From: an uncultured Planctomycetaceae bacterium
Lineage (GTDB): Bacteria > Planctomycetota > Planctomycetia > Pirellulales > PALSA-1355
DNA: 64,000 nucleotides
Assembly: GCA_963785305.1 (NCBI GenBank)
Contig: CAWAUV010000007.1
Coordinates: 1,472,001-1,536,000, forward strand
Reading direction: 5' to 3'
Positions 20,765-31,414 of this stretch are shown here, in pieces. The notes below the pieces were generated by a model that did no database searches, had not been told where the DNA came from, and worked only from the letters and a program-made list of their open reading frames with translations. The position numbers and the translations under genes are program-made. How positions within the stretch are numbered: position 1 is the stretch's first letter; each line of letters starts with the position of its first letter.

Positions 20765-22338
20765 TTAGCGCAGCACGACCATGTGATTGCCGCGTTGGGT
20801 GCGAACCAGGAGCATCACGCCATCCTTGAGCGATTCGGCCTTCACGGCCTCCTTGAACTCATCGACGTTTTTCACCCACTTCGAGCCGACTTTCATCACG
20901 AGCATGCCTTCACGCAGCCCCTGCTCGGCGGCGGGGCTGTCCGGCTCGACCTTCTTGATCACCACGCCGTTGCGGCCCTTGAAGTTGGGCATGGCCGCGT
21001 CGGCTGGAGTCATGTCGGCTACTTCCAAACCAAGCTTGTCGCTCTCGACCGTGGGCGCCGCCGCCGGCGCCGCTTCCGACGACTCTTCGTCGCCGGACAC
21101 CGAGCCGAAATTCTTGGGAAGCGCCTTCGCGGTGAGGGTGAGCGTCACGGGCTTGCCGTCGCGCATCACGACGAGCGATTGCTTCGAATTGAGCGGCACG
21201 CGTTCGACCAACTCTTGCAATTCATGGGGACCATGCACGCGGCGCTCGCCGAACTTCACGACCACGTCGCCTTCTTGCATTCCCGCATCGGCCGCCGGCG
21301 AGCCGGGAAACACTTCCGACACCATCACGCCCTCGCCGTGCTTGACGCCCACTTTCTCGGCCAGATCACGCGTGACTTCGCCGATCGCGACGCCCAGATA
21401 GGCACGTTCGACCGATCCCTTCTTGATCAGTTGGTCGACGACCCACTTGGCGTTGTTGCTCGGATTGGCGAAGCCAATGCCGGCGAAGCTGCCATTGGTG
21501 CTGGCAATGGCGGTGTTGATTCCAATCACCTCGCCATCGAGATTCACGAGCGGTCCGCCCGAGTTGCCGGGATTGATCGCGGCGTCGGTTTGCAGGAACT
21601 GAGCGCGGCGGATCGAGCCGAGCTCGCGTCCCTTGCCGCTGATGATTCCGGCGCTGACCGTGTGTTCGAGTTCGAAGGGATTGCCAATCGCAATCACCCA
21701 ATCGCCGATCTCGAGATTGTCGGAGTTGCCCATGCGAGCCACCGGCAAGCTGCCGGCGCCCTTGATATGGACAATCGCCAAATCGCTGTTCTCGTCGGTC
21801 TTGATGTCTTCGCCCTTGAACTCGCGACCATCGGCCAGTTGGACAAGAACTTCATCGGCGCCGGCCACGACATGGTTGTTCGTGAGCACGATGCCCGACT
21901 TGTCGATGACGACACCCGAGCCCATGCCTTCTCGCTGGGGTCGTTGCATTTGCCCGAGGTCGCCGAGCTCGCCCCCGTGGTTGAAGAAATCCTCGAACGG
22001 GGTGCCTTTGAAGGGATTGGCGCCATGGGCGCATTGGGCATGTTGGGGCCCTTGGCTCGCCGCACGACTTGAGCCTTGGTTTTGCTGCGAATCGTCACCA
22101 CGCTCGGCATGGCCACCTCCGCCGCGTGGCGAAATGCGCGCGAGAGCGAATTGGCCGCGTCGCTCGCCGCGTGGTCGAGCGGTTTGACCGCCGGGGCGGA
22201 GCTTTCGTGGGTCAGAGCCACGGGCGATTCCTCGCCCACCGCTCCGCGCGGCCAACTAGCCACGCCCCAGCCGAGCCCCGCCGTGGTGGCCGCTAACAGC
22301 CCGACGAGCGCTGCCTTTTGAAAACCGGAATGAAACAT
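20765..22338 (-). CDS. degP: HtrA/DegP (Do) family serine protease with two PDZ domains (frameshift ~22030)
   Basis: GSGVVI, TNNHVV, SDLA, QTDAAINPGNSGGPL, two PDZ domains, signal/TM at the N-terminus, GGAGG RBS. Confidence 0.93.
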
Positions 22339-22794
22339 GCGTCATGTCCTCCATGGAAATAAAGATGATGTGGGGGCCGTCGATGGCGCCAATGCCATGT
22401 CCGAGGCCCTGTAGGGGAAGGCAAGGCGCCTGAGAGAGTCGAAACGCCTTTCCTCCGATACGTGGGCGACCGGCAAACGGTTCGGCGATTTTGCGGCCGA
22501 TTCGCGGTCCGAGTTCGCGCTTGCCCGCGGGCCATGCGCCCGCCCAGAGGACAATTCTAGGCGCATGGCGAAATGGTCCTAGACGGATTTCCCCCTCGCT
22601 TGGGGAATTTGCCGCGAATATACCCGCGCCGCCGAGTGGCTCGAGCTACCAGGGCGCCCCGAGAAGCCATGTTCCCCGCGCGATTCGCCGCCCGGCGGCC
22701 GCAGGATTGCATTGACAAGCTGTCGGGGCGCCGCTAAGTTGGAACAGCGTAAGGTGTTGCCGTGAATCGATCCCCTGGAGCGTCGGCCCTGCCC

Positions 22795-23541
22795 ATGACT
22801 CGCGCAGCTCGCGTCAAACAACCGGTGGTTGAACCGCCGCCGGCGCCGGACTTGGAACGTTGCGAGCGGCGGATCGATTATGTGTTTCGCGACAAAAACT
22901 TGCTGATGTCGGCGCTCACGCATGCGTCGGGCGCCCATCACCGCCTGGCCTCCAACGAGCGGCTCGAATTCCTGGGCGACGCAATCCTGGGCTCGGTCGT
23001 CTGCGAGATGCTTTATCGGCAATATCCCGATTACCTCGAAGGCGACCTGACCAAGGTCAAATCGGTGGTGGTCAGCCGGCAGACCTGCGCCAAGATCAGC
23101 GAAGCGCTCGGTTTGCAGGAATTTCTGGTCGTCGGCAAGGGCATGACCACCAGTCCCAGCGTGCCACCATCTTTGCTAGCGGATGTGTTCGAATCGCTTG
23201 TGGCCGCGATTCATCTCGATGGCAACGATCAAGCGGCCCGCGAATTCATCCAGCGGTTCATCGGTCCCGAGATCGAGTTGGCGGCGGCCGGCGAATTGGG
23301 CGGCAATTACAAGTCGCTCTTGCAGCAGCTTGCCCAGCGCGAGGTGGGCTCGACGCCGATCTACCAGCTTCTCGACGAAAAAGGGCCCGATCATAGCAAG
23401 TGCTTCAAGGTGGCCGCGCAAATCGCGCGCACTCGGTTCGCCCCCGCCTGGGGACGCAACAAGAAAGAAGCCGAGCAGCGGGCAGCGCGCAACGCGCTCG
23501 CGGAATTGAATCACGAGCCGGCGCCGTTTCCCTCGGATTGA
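22795..23541 (+). CDS. rnc: Ribonuclease III
   Basis: ALTHAS, NERLEFLGDAILG, ADVFESLVAAI, dsRBD NYKSLLQQ..GPDH..KKEAEQRAA. Confidence 0.97.
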   Translation: MTRAARVKQPVVEPPPAPDLERCERRIDYVFRDKNLLMSALTHASGAHHRLASNERLEFLGDAILGSVVCEMLYRQYPDYLEGDLTKVKSVVVSRQTCAKISEALGLQEFLVVGKGMTTSPSVPPSLLADVFESLVAAIHLDGNDQAAREFIQRFIGPEIELAAAGELGGNYKSLLQQLAQREVGSTPIYQLLDEKGPDHSKCFKVAAQIARTRFAPAWGRNKKEAEQRAARNALAELNHEPAPFPSD

Positions 23542-23891
23542 TCGCCGGTTGCTGGCTTTGCCACGACTGCATCGCTCGCGCGGGATCGTCGGCTTCGCGC
23601 CGCATAGCGCGGCCGCTTGCAAATAATTCCGCTAGCGTGGTGTTTTAACGCATGCGCATGTCTCCGGCACGGCGCGAAACTCTCTGCCACGTGCGGCTTT
23701 CCGGCATCGCATGAAGTCGAGGCCGGCATTGACCCGATTCTTATGAGGGGCTATTCTTCGCGGCCGATAACCAGGGCACTTGCCTCGACCCGCCGTGGCG
23801 TTCACACACCAGCCACTCGATTTTGCAATGCAATCTTGGCGCCGCTTGGCGAGCGTGTGCGCCGGATGCCTTCCTCGCAAAAGATGCTTTC

Positions 23892-25193
23892 ATGAGCTTG
23901 CTTCTTGCTTACCTTATCGCTTCGGCGGGCCCGCTGCTGCAGGCCGTGCTGTTGACGTTGCAAACATGGGAGAACCGTCGCTTCGTGCGCGGTCGCGCCC
24001 AAGGACAAATGCCCGGCCAGCGTGGACGCGTCGCGATCATTGCCCCCTGCAAGGGTCTCGATGTCGACCTCGCGACCAATCTCAAGCGGCTCTTCGAGCA
24101 AGATCATCAGAACTATGAAATCGTGTTCGTGGTCGATAGCCCCGACGATCCCGCGTTTCCGATCCTGCAAACCCTGGCTCGCGACAATCCGGGCGTGAAA
24201 GCGCGGGTCGTGGTGTCGGGCAAAGCGGCGCTCTCGAGCCAAAAGATTCATAACCTTCGCCATGCGATCGGGCTCTTGGACCCGGCGGTCAAGTTTCTGG
24301 CCTTCGTCGATTCCGATGCCCAGCCGCGCCGCGACTGGCTGCGAAACTTGGTGCGACGCCTGGGTCACGACGGGGCCGAAGCCTCGACCAGCTATCGCTG
24401 GTTCGTGCCGATGCGCAACACGCTGCCTAACCTGCTGCTGGCCAGCCTCGATCATTCGCTCGCGCCGCTCGTCGGGCCGCGACTGCATCACTTGGTGTGG
24501 GGCGGATCGTGGGCCATTCGCCGCGATGTGTACCACGATATCGGGCTCGACGAAGCCTGGTCGACCGCCCTGAGCGACGATCTGGTCGCCTCGCGGCTCT
24601 TGGCCGCCGCCGGGGCCACCGTGGAATACGAGCCGATGGCGATGGTCGCTTCACCGCTCGATGTGAATTGGCGCGACATGTATCGCTTCGTGCGGCGCCA
24701 GTTTGCCGTCGTGCGCTGGCACGAGCCGCGATGGTGGTTCGTGGGACTCGTGCTGAGCGTGCTCAATCAACTGTTTTTCTGGGCCAGCGCGCTCGGCGGA
24801 GCCGCCCTGCTTGCCGCCGGCAATCCCCTGGCCCGACCGTTGCTCGGCGCCGCGGCCGCCATTTACGCGCTGCACATCGTGCGCACGATCTTGCGCCAAT
24901 CGGCCGCGCGGAGCTTCGTGCCCGACTATCGCGAGCGACTTTCGGCGGCGCACGTGTTCGACATCGTCTTGCATCCCCTGGCGTCGGCGCTCAATGCCTG
25001 CGGGCTGCTCGGCTCGGCCTGGAGCCGCGAGATTCGCTGGCGCGGCATTCATTATTCGCCGCGAGAAGACGGCGCCGTGGCCGGGGCGCCGATCGAGCCG
25101 CGAGCGGACGAATCGCCGGTCAACGTCGTGAAGTGGATCGCATCGCGGAGGCCAGCGCCGGTGGGTTCCGAACTCGGACGGAAGGTCGCTTGA
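23892..25193 (+). CDS. Membrane GT-A glycosyltransferase, ceramide glucosyltransferase/HpnI-like
   Basis: N-terminal TM, PCKGLD, QKIHNL, FVDSDA (DxD), WGGSWAIRR, SDDL, RRQ..RW, C-terminal TMs, IRWRGIHY. Confidence 0.85.
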   Translation: MSLLLAYLIASAGPLLQAVLLTLQTWENRRFVRGRAQGQMPGQRGRVAIIAPCKGLDVDLATNLKRLFEQDHQNYEIVFVVDSPDDPAFPILQTLARDNPGVKARVVVSGKAALSSQKIHNLRHAIGLLDPAVKFLAFVDSDAQPRRDWLRNLVRRLGHDGAEASTSYRWFVPMRNTLPNLLLASLDHSLAPLVGPRLHHLVWGGSWAIRRDVYHDIGLDEAWSTALSDDLVASRLLAAAGATVEYEPMAMVASPLDVNWRDMYRFVRRQFAVVRWHEPRWWFVGLVLSVLNQLFFWASALGGAALLAAGNPLARPLLGAAAAIYALHIVRTILRQSAARSFVPDYRERLSAAHVFDIVLHPLASALNACGLLGSAWSREIRWRGIHYSPREDGAVAGAPIEPRADESPVNVVKWIASRRPAPVGSELGRKVA

Positions 25194-25292
25194 TGCGCCG
25201 GACTTATCTTGCGATTCAGCTCGGCTCGAGGTTGCCGACCAATTGGGACTCCATGAGACATTAAGGTTTTTCGCTTCGAGAGAGGATGATCG

Positions 25293-26689
25293 ATGCGAGT
25301 CGTGTTGTGGGATACGCGAAAGTTCGATGTCTCGAAAGACTTCGCCGGCGGCTATGGCGTGGGCCAATTTCCGGGCGGCAATCGCCTCGCCGGATTCCTG
25401 GTGCGGCGCATGTTCAAGCGTGACCATCGTCCCACGGCGCTCAACTTCGCCTACTTGGCCGCCATCTTCCCGCGCTGGGCCACGAAACCCACTTCGCCGA
25501 AGACCATTTGCCCACGGGCGCCGATCTCTATGTGTTCAACCCCTCGCTGCTGACACTGCCCTACGAGCGCACGATGATTCGCCGCGCGGTCGAACAGGCC
25601 GACGCCGCGGGTTCGGGCGCCAAGGTGTTCGTCACCGGGCTCGTGGCCCACGCGCTGCCCGAGGCGTTCGACGGCCTGGGCGCCACGGTGCTCGCGGGCG
25701 AACCGGAACAACTGCGCTGGAAGCTCGACGACGCGCTCGCCGCGCCGACCGGTCGCCTCGAACTGGGCCAAGTGGCCGATCTCGACGCGTTGCCGTTTCC
25801 CGAGTGGTCGCTCTTCAAGCCGCACCGGTTTCGCATCGGCTACGATTTTTCGAAATTTCCCACCGGGCTCGTGCAAGCCAGCCGCGGTTGCACGCTCAAA
25901 TGCAACTATTGCCCCTACATCATTCAGCAAAACGCCGTGCGCTTTCGTTCGCCCGAATCGGTGCTTGATGAAATGCGCCGCGGCATCCAGTGGTATGGCT
26001 TTCGCTCGTTCAAGTTCCGCGACCCGCTGTTCGGCCTCGATCGGCAACGGGTATTGCGATTGGCCGAGGGAATCGGCTCGCTGCCCAGGAAAATTCAATT
26101 CTCGATCGAGTCGCGGCTTGATCTGCTCAAGCCCGAGACTCTCGCGGCGCTCAAAGATGTGGGGCTCACGAGCATTACCGTCGGCATCGAGACCCCCGAC
26201 TTGGCGACGCTCAAGCATCATACGCGAGCCCCAATCAGCGAAGACAAGCAGCGGCAGTTCGTCGAGCTTTGCAGCCGAATGGGCATTCGCACCGTGGCAG
26301 GTTTCATGATCGGTTTTCCCCACGACACGCGCGATTCGATTCTCGCGGTGCTCGACTATGCGCGGAAACTGAACCCGACGTTTGCCAACTTCAATGTGGT
26401 GACGCCCTATCCGGGCACGCCGTTTTTCAAGCAGATTCGCGAGCAGATCGCGTCGTTCGATTTTTCGCAGTACAGCGTCTACACGCCAGTGCTGCGGTAT
26501 GAACATCTCACGGCGGCGGAAGTTTCGGGGCTTTTGCGGAAGTGTTTCACGAGTTATTACTTCCGCGCCCGCTGGTTCGAGAACCACGGTCGCCTGTTGT
26601 GGCCGTGGTTGCCTTTCCCGAACCGGACGAAACCCGCGGACGAGCCCGCGGACGAGGCGCCGGCCGAGACCACTCGCCGCGCTGCTTGA
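25293..26689 (+). CDS. B12-binding-type radical SAM protein, HpnJ-like architecture (frameshift ~25470)
   Basis: DLDALPFPEW, ASRGCTLKCNYCPY, RFRSPESVLDEM, FMIGFPHDT, TPYPGT. N-terminal half is in the 25293..25553 frame. Confidence 0.88.
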
Positions 26690-26977
26690 GTCGCTCACCT
26701 CCGCGAAAATGCGCGGGTCGCGCCGATTGTTTGGCCAAGTTTTTTGGCAAGCGGCGCCGATCTCTTCTCATAGGCGGGTTGTCCGCCGGTCACGCGATCA
26801 TTGATCCGCCGGCTCGCGCATCGCGAAAGTCGCGGGCGCCAGCGATTGCAACGCGGGCGGAGCAGTGCATCGAATTTCCGCGAACCGACCACGCTTCTAA
26901 TATTCGCCGCCGCATTTTTTCGCGGACATCGCCGCGCCGTGACCGTACTCCCATTGGACTCGTCGCGAGGATTGCCC

Positions 26978-28995
26978 ATGTGCTCGATCGCGGCGATGCT
27001 CGAATCGGAAACGCTCGCCGGCTGCCATGCCCTGGAACACGAGGAGCACGAAGCGTTCGTCTGGACGGGGCGCGAGTTCATGCTCCGCATTCCGCCGGGC
27101 GCTGGAATCGTCGCGTTTGACCTTTGCTATCTGGGGCACGCGGGCGAATTGCGAATCGAAGCGCAAGGCGCGATCGTGGACCAGACCGCGTTGTGCTCGG
27201 GCTGGCAGCGCGCCGCGCTGTTGGCGCCGGTTGGCGTGGAACTCGCGACGCTCGTCGTGAGTCCAACGTGCCGGCCCGAGGGTGATTCGCGCGAGCTCGG
27301 CGTGCGCTTGCGGGGGATAGGGTTTTTTGACAGCGCGGCCGATTACACCGCGTCGCGGCAGTCGCGAGAACCTTCGACTCGGACACCGGAGGCGCTGCAA
27401 ACGTTCGGATCGCGCCCGCTCGCGACGTTCGTGGATCGCGGCGAACTGATCGCGTGTTATCCGCTGGAGACCGAGGGCGATGAGGCGCGGGTCTGGACAG
27501 GCGCCGCTTCGAACTACTCGTCGAACCGGAAACGGAGTTCGTCGAGTTCGATCTTTGTTATGCGGGCGCCGAGGGCGCGCTCGAGGTCGAATCTCGCGGC
27601 GCGGTGTGCGATGTGCCCTTGCTGCGGGCGGGCTGGCAGCAGATCACGACGCGAATTCCGCCCGGCGCCGGGCGGGTCAGGTTCACTGTCGATCCCCCAT
27701 GTCAAGTCGAAGGCGATTCACGCGAGCTCGGAGTGCGACTCCGGCGGGTGACGTTCTCGCGCGATCGGGCTCGCCACGAGCGGATTCGAACACTGGCCGA
27801 CAACTTGGCCCGCAACGATCGCGAGTTTCGCCGCGGGCTACCGATGCTGGAGTCTTTGCCGCCGATGCTGCGGATCACGTCGGAGACTCGCTGCAACATT
27901 CCCGAGAACAGTCAGGCATGCGCTTATTGCGCATGGGATTGGGCCAAGCAGATGGAAACCGGCGCTCCGCGATTCACGCTCGACACGATCGACCAGCTTG
28001 GCGACTTTTATCGCGCCGCGACACACTTGGGCGATTGCAGCATCGGCGAGCCGACGATGCATAAGCAATTTGGCGCGATCGTCGCGCGGATCGGCGCCGA
28101 CGGAAAACGGCTGAGCTTCACGACCAACGGCCAATTGCTCGGCGAGCGGCGTCGCCGAGAACTCGTGGGCAAGGATATCGATCTCTATGTATCGATCGAT
28201 TCCGCGACCGCCGAAGGCTACAAACGGTATCGCAATGATCGATTCGATGATTTGGCGCGCAACCTTCGCGAGCTCTGCCGCGAGAAGCGGGCGCATGGCG
28301 ACCTGCCGCGAGTGTTTGCGTCGTTGATCGTAATGCGATCGAATCTCGCGGAACTGCCAGCCTATTTCGATCTCATGAAACAGGTGGGCGTCGATCAAGT
28401 CAAGTTGAGAGCGCTCTACGAAGACGACAATGTCGCTCCGCGAGTGATGAACAACGGCCATGCGTTTGACTATCTGGCCGAGATGGTTCCGCTCGAGGAG
28501 CTCGCCGCGATGACTCCGACCCTGCGGCGCATGGCCGCCGATCGCGGCGTGCCGCTGTATGTCGAATGGGAGGAGTTCGAGCCCGATTCGGTGCATGGTC
28601 CGCGGGAACCGATCTGCTCCGAGCCCTGGAAAACGCTCTATGTTCTGAGCCGCGGCGTGATGCCCTGCTGCTATGCGACCGAACCGCTCGGCCGCTGGTC
28701 GGAGCAGGGCGATCGCACGCTCGCGGAGTTTCTAAAAGATGTGTTCAATTCGCCGGAGTACCAGCATATTCGCCAGGAACTTGCGGCCGGCCGGTTGGCG
28801 AATTATTGCTGGAACACACCCAGTTGCCCGGTGATGAAGCGAATGCGCGCTGCCGGCGCCGCCGCGCCGCCGGCAATCACCCGAAAAAGCATCGCGTCGC
28901 AGGCCTCCACGGCGCCGCTGGGCCTGCCGATCCTCGCGCAGGGCTGCTCTTTGGGCGTCCGCGGATCGACGGGCGCCGGTTGCGACCGATCGTAA
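26978..28995 (+). CDS. Radical SAM/SPASM(twitch) protein with two tandem N-terminal beta-type domains (frameshift ~27500)
   Basis: CNIPENSQACAYC, GEP, FTTNGQLL, VSIDSAT, CSEPW..VMPCC..CWNTPSC. GDSRELGVRLR occurs twice. GAGGA RBS. Confidence 0.85.
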
Positions 28996-29086
28996 CGTGG
29001 CGATTAACGTGGCGAGGTAGCCGGCCAGTTGAAATACGGCGCCACCGTCGCGAAAAGACCCGCGAGAGTTCCGGCCGGGGCCGCGA

Positions 29087-29692
29087 TCAGTCGAGATTGC
29101 GCACCACGCCGACAACCACGCCCAGCACGCGGGCGTTCTTTACGAAGATCGGTTTCATCGTCGCGTTGGCGGGTTCCAGGCGGATGCGGTTTTTTTCGGT
29201 GTACCAGCGTTTGAGCGTGGCTTCGCCTTCGTCGGTTTGGGCGACGACGATCTGCCCGTCGCGGCAGGTGCGCTGCTTGCGCACGATCACATAGTCGCCA
29301 TCGGCGATTTGGGCGTCGATCATCGAATCCCCGGCCACGCGGAGCGCGAACTGGTTCTTCTTCTTGTTGAACATGGCGTCGAGGTCGAGCCGCTCGGTCT
29401 GCTCGATCGCTTCATGGAGCACGCCGGCGGCAATCCGGCCCGAAAGCGGCAGGCCCCGCTCGGAAGCGGGCTCGGTGGCCAGTTGAATGGCTCGCGACAT
29501 GTTGGGCTCGCGATGAATGAGACCCTTTTTATCGAGCGCTTTCAAATGGCACATCACGCCATTGGGCGAGGCGATGCCAAAATGCTCGCCGATCTCGCGC
29601 ACCGTGGGCCCATAGCCGCGACCATGGATCTTCTCGCGAATGAATTCGTAAACCTCTCGCTGCCGATCGGTTAAAGCGTCGAACATGCCCAT
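29087..29692 (-). CDS. lexA: SOS repressor LexA
   Basis: LTDRQREVYEFI..GYGPTVREIG, IAAG cleavage site, GDSM, EATLK. Confidence 0.96.
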   Translation of the reverse strand: MGMFDALTDRQREVYEFIREKIHGRGYGPTVREIGEHFGIASPNGVMCHLKALDKKGLIHREPNMSRAIQLATEPASERGLPLSGRIAAGVLHEAIEQTERLDLDAMFNKKKNQFALRVAGDSMIDAQIADGDYVIVRKQRTCRDGQIVVAQTDEGEATLKRWYTEKNRIRLEPANATMKPIFVKNARVLGVVVGVVRNLD

Positions 29693-29868
29693 GATTGTCA
29701 AAAACTCCTCTTGGCCCCGGAGCGCGGGCCGATCGACTCGCGGTCGCCCCTTGCTTAAAGAAAACGCAACAATGCGGCTAACAGGCGGCGAATACGCCAT
29801 GACGCCCCGCCTCGCCATGTCGATGAGCGCCCCGCCGCGATAAGCGGCGGCCCATCGCTAAAATATAA

Positions 29869-29882
29869 TATACGCGTGTACA
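29869..29882. promoter_or_regulatory. Candidate LexA operator TATAC-GCGT-GTACA
   Basis: Near-palindrome in an AT-rich patch ~180 bp upstream of lexA. Confidence 0.4.
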
Positions 29883-30087
29883 GAATCAAGGGCGAATCGA
29901 ATCGAAACTCTCCTCGGCGCCGGAAAACAAGGGTTGAGCACGCAGCCAAAGAAGGTCATCGAGCACTTACGAACTCAAGTTACCCGGCCCGCGGTGGTAT
30001 CGCCTCGCTGAGCCGCGGTTGCCTGATCCCATGCTCTGGGCGCTCATCGAGCACGTCGAATCGAGGCTCAAAGAGCTTCGGCGGCGG

Positions 30088-31314
30088 TCACTTCGCCGCG
30101 GGGGCTTTCGGCTTGCCTTGAAACAGTGATCGCCAGCGGCCCGAGGTCGAGGGCTTGCCGGCGGCTTCGGCTGGTTCGGCCTTTCGATCGCCCGAGAGCT
30201 CCTCGGCCAGGGCGACCATCGCCTGCGTGATCGCGGCCTTGGGCGCCTGCTCGATCAGCGGCACGCCGTTGTTTCGCACCTCGCACATCACGCGATAATC
30301 GTTCGGGATTTGCCAAAACACATCACGGCCGATCGTTTCTTGGGCCTTTTTGAGCCCGATCTGCGTGTCGAGCCCGGCGCGGTTCACCACGATCTTGATC
30401 TTGTCCTTGATCGCCTCCATGGCGCCAAACGACATCATCAGCCGCACCATGTTTCGCAGGCAAGGCAAATCAAGCTGCGTCACCAAGAGCACATGGTTCG
30501 ACATCTCGAGCGCGATCATGTCGATCTTGCTGTAGCTCTTCGAGAGATCGAGAATCACATGCGTGAACGTTGCCTTCATCAGGCCGATCACGCGCCGCAA
30601 ATCCTCGGGCATGATCAAATTGATGTCTTCGAGCCGCACCGGCCGCGGCAAGAGATACAGTCCCGAGGCGTGTTTCGTGAGCGAGCGTTTGAGCAGGTTG
30701 AAGTCGAGCCGCGTGGCGTTTTGGGCCACGTCGAGCAACGTGTAGTCGGGAATCGTGTCGAGGAACACGTCGGCGTCGCCCAAGCAAAGGTCGAGATCGA
30801 CCAGCGCCACCGAGTTGCGCGGATCGCTGGCCAGCACGCAGCCCAGGTTCACGGCCACGCTGGTCGTGCCCACGCCGCCGGTGGCGCCGCCAATGGCGAT
30901 CACCGAGCTATTGCGGGCGCCGCGCTCGCCGCGTCCGAACCGGGCATCGCTGATGCGCTCGAGGGCCGCGACGAGGTCTTCGATCCTAAGCGGTTGGGTC
31001 AGAAACTCCTTGACCCCGGCCCGCATCGCCCGCAGGATCAGCGCCCCGTCGCTCGACGAGCTGAGCACCAGGACACTGCAAGTGGGCGAGGCTTCGTGCA
31101 GTTGGCCCACGAGCTGCAAGGCTTTGTCGGGGTTGTGGTCGATGGCCACGATGCCGATGTCGGGATGGGTCTGGGCGACCACGTCGGCGAAGAACTCGTA
31201 GCGCGAGCACTCCGCCTCGAGCCAGACCATGTCCATGCCGAGCAACGTCGACTTGAGATGGTCGCGCGCCGTGTCGCTCGGGTCGACAATCGCCAATCGG
31301 AGAACATTGCTCAT
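30088..31314 (-). CDS. cpaE: Tad pilus assembly protein CpaE (receiver-like domain + MinD-like ATPase)
   Basis: AMRAGVKEFLTQP, GATGGVGTTSVAVNL, LVDLDL, IPNDY, NNGVPL; located in the Tad operon. Confidence 0.9.
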   Translation of the reverse strand: MSNVLRLAIVDPSDTARDHLKSTLLGMDMVWLEAECSRYEFFADVVAQTHPDIGIVAIDHNPDKALQLVGQLHEASPTCSVLVLSSSSDGALILRAMRAGVKEFLTQPLRIEDLVAALERISDARFGRGERGARNSSVIAIGGATGGVGTTSVAVNLGCVLASDPRNSVALVDLDLCLGDADVFLDTIPDYTLLDVAQNATRLDFNLLKRSLTKHASGLYLLPRPVRLEDINLIMPEDLRRVIGLMKATFTHVILDLSKSYSKIDMIALEMSNHVLLVTQLDLPCLRNMVRLMMSFGAMEAIKDKIKIVVNRAGLDTQIGLKKAQETIGRDVFWQIPNDYRVMCEVRNNGVPLIEQAPKAAITQAMVALAEELSGDRKAEPAEAAGKPSTSGRWRSLFQGKPKAPAAK

Positions 31315-31414
31315 GAGGCAAAGACCGCGTCAATCAAGCGCGAGATGGATCGCCAGCCGCGATGCGGCAGCGCCGGGCGCGTCGCATGGAGCCCGGCGAC
31401 GGGATCATGACGTC

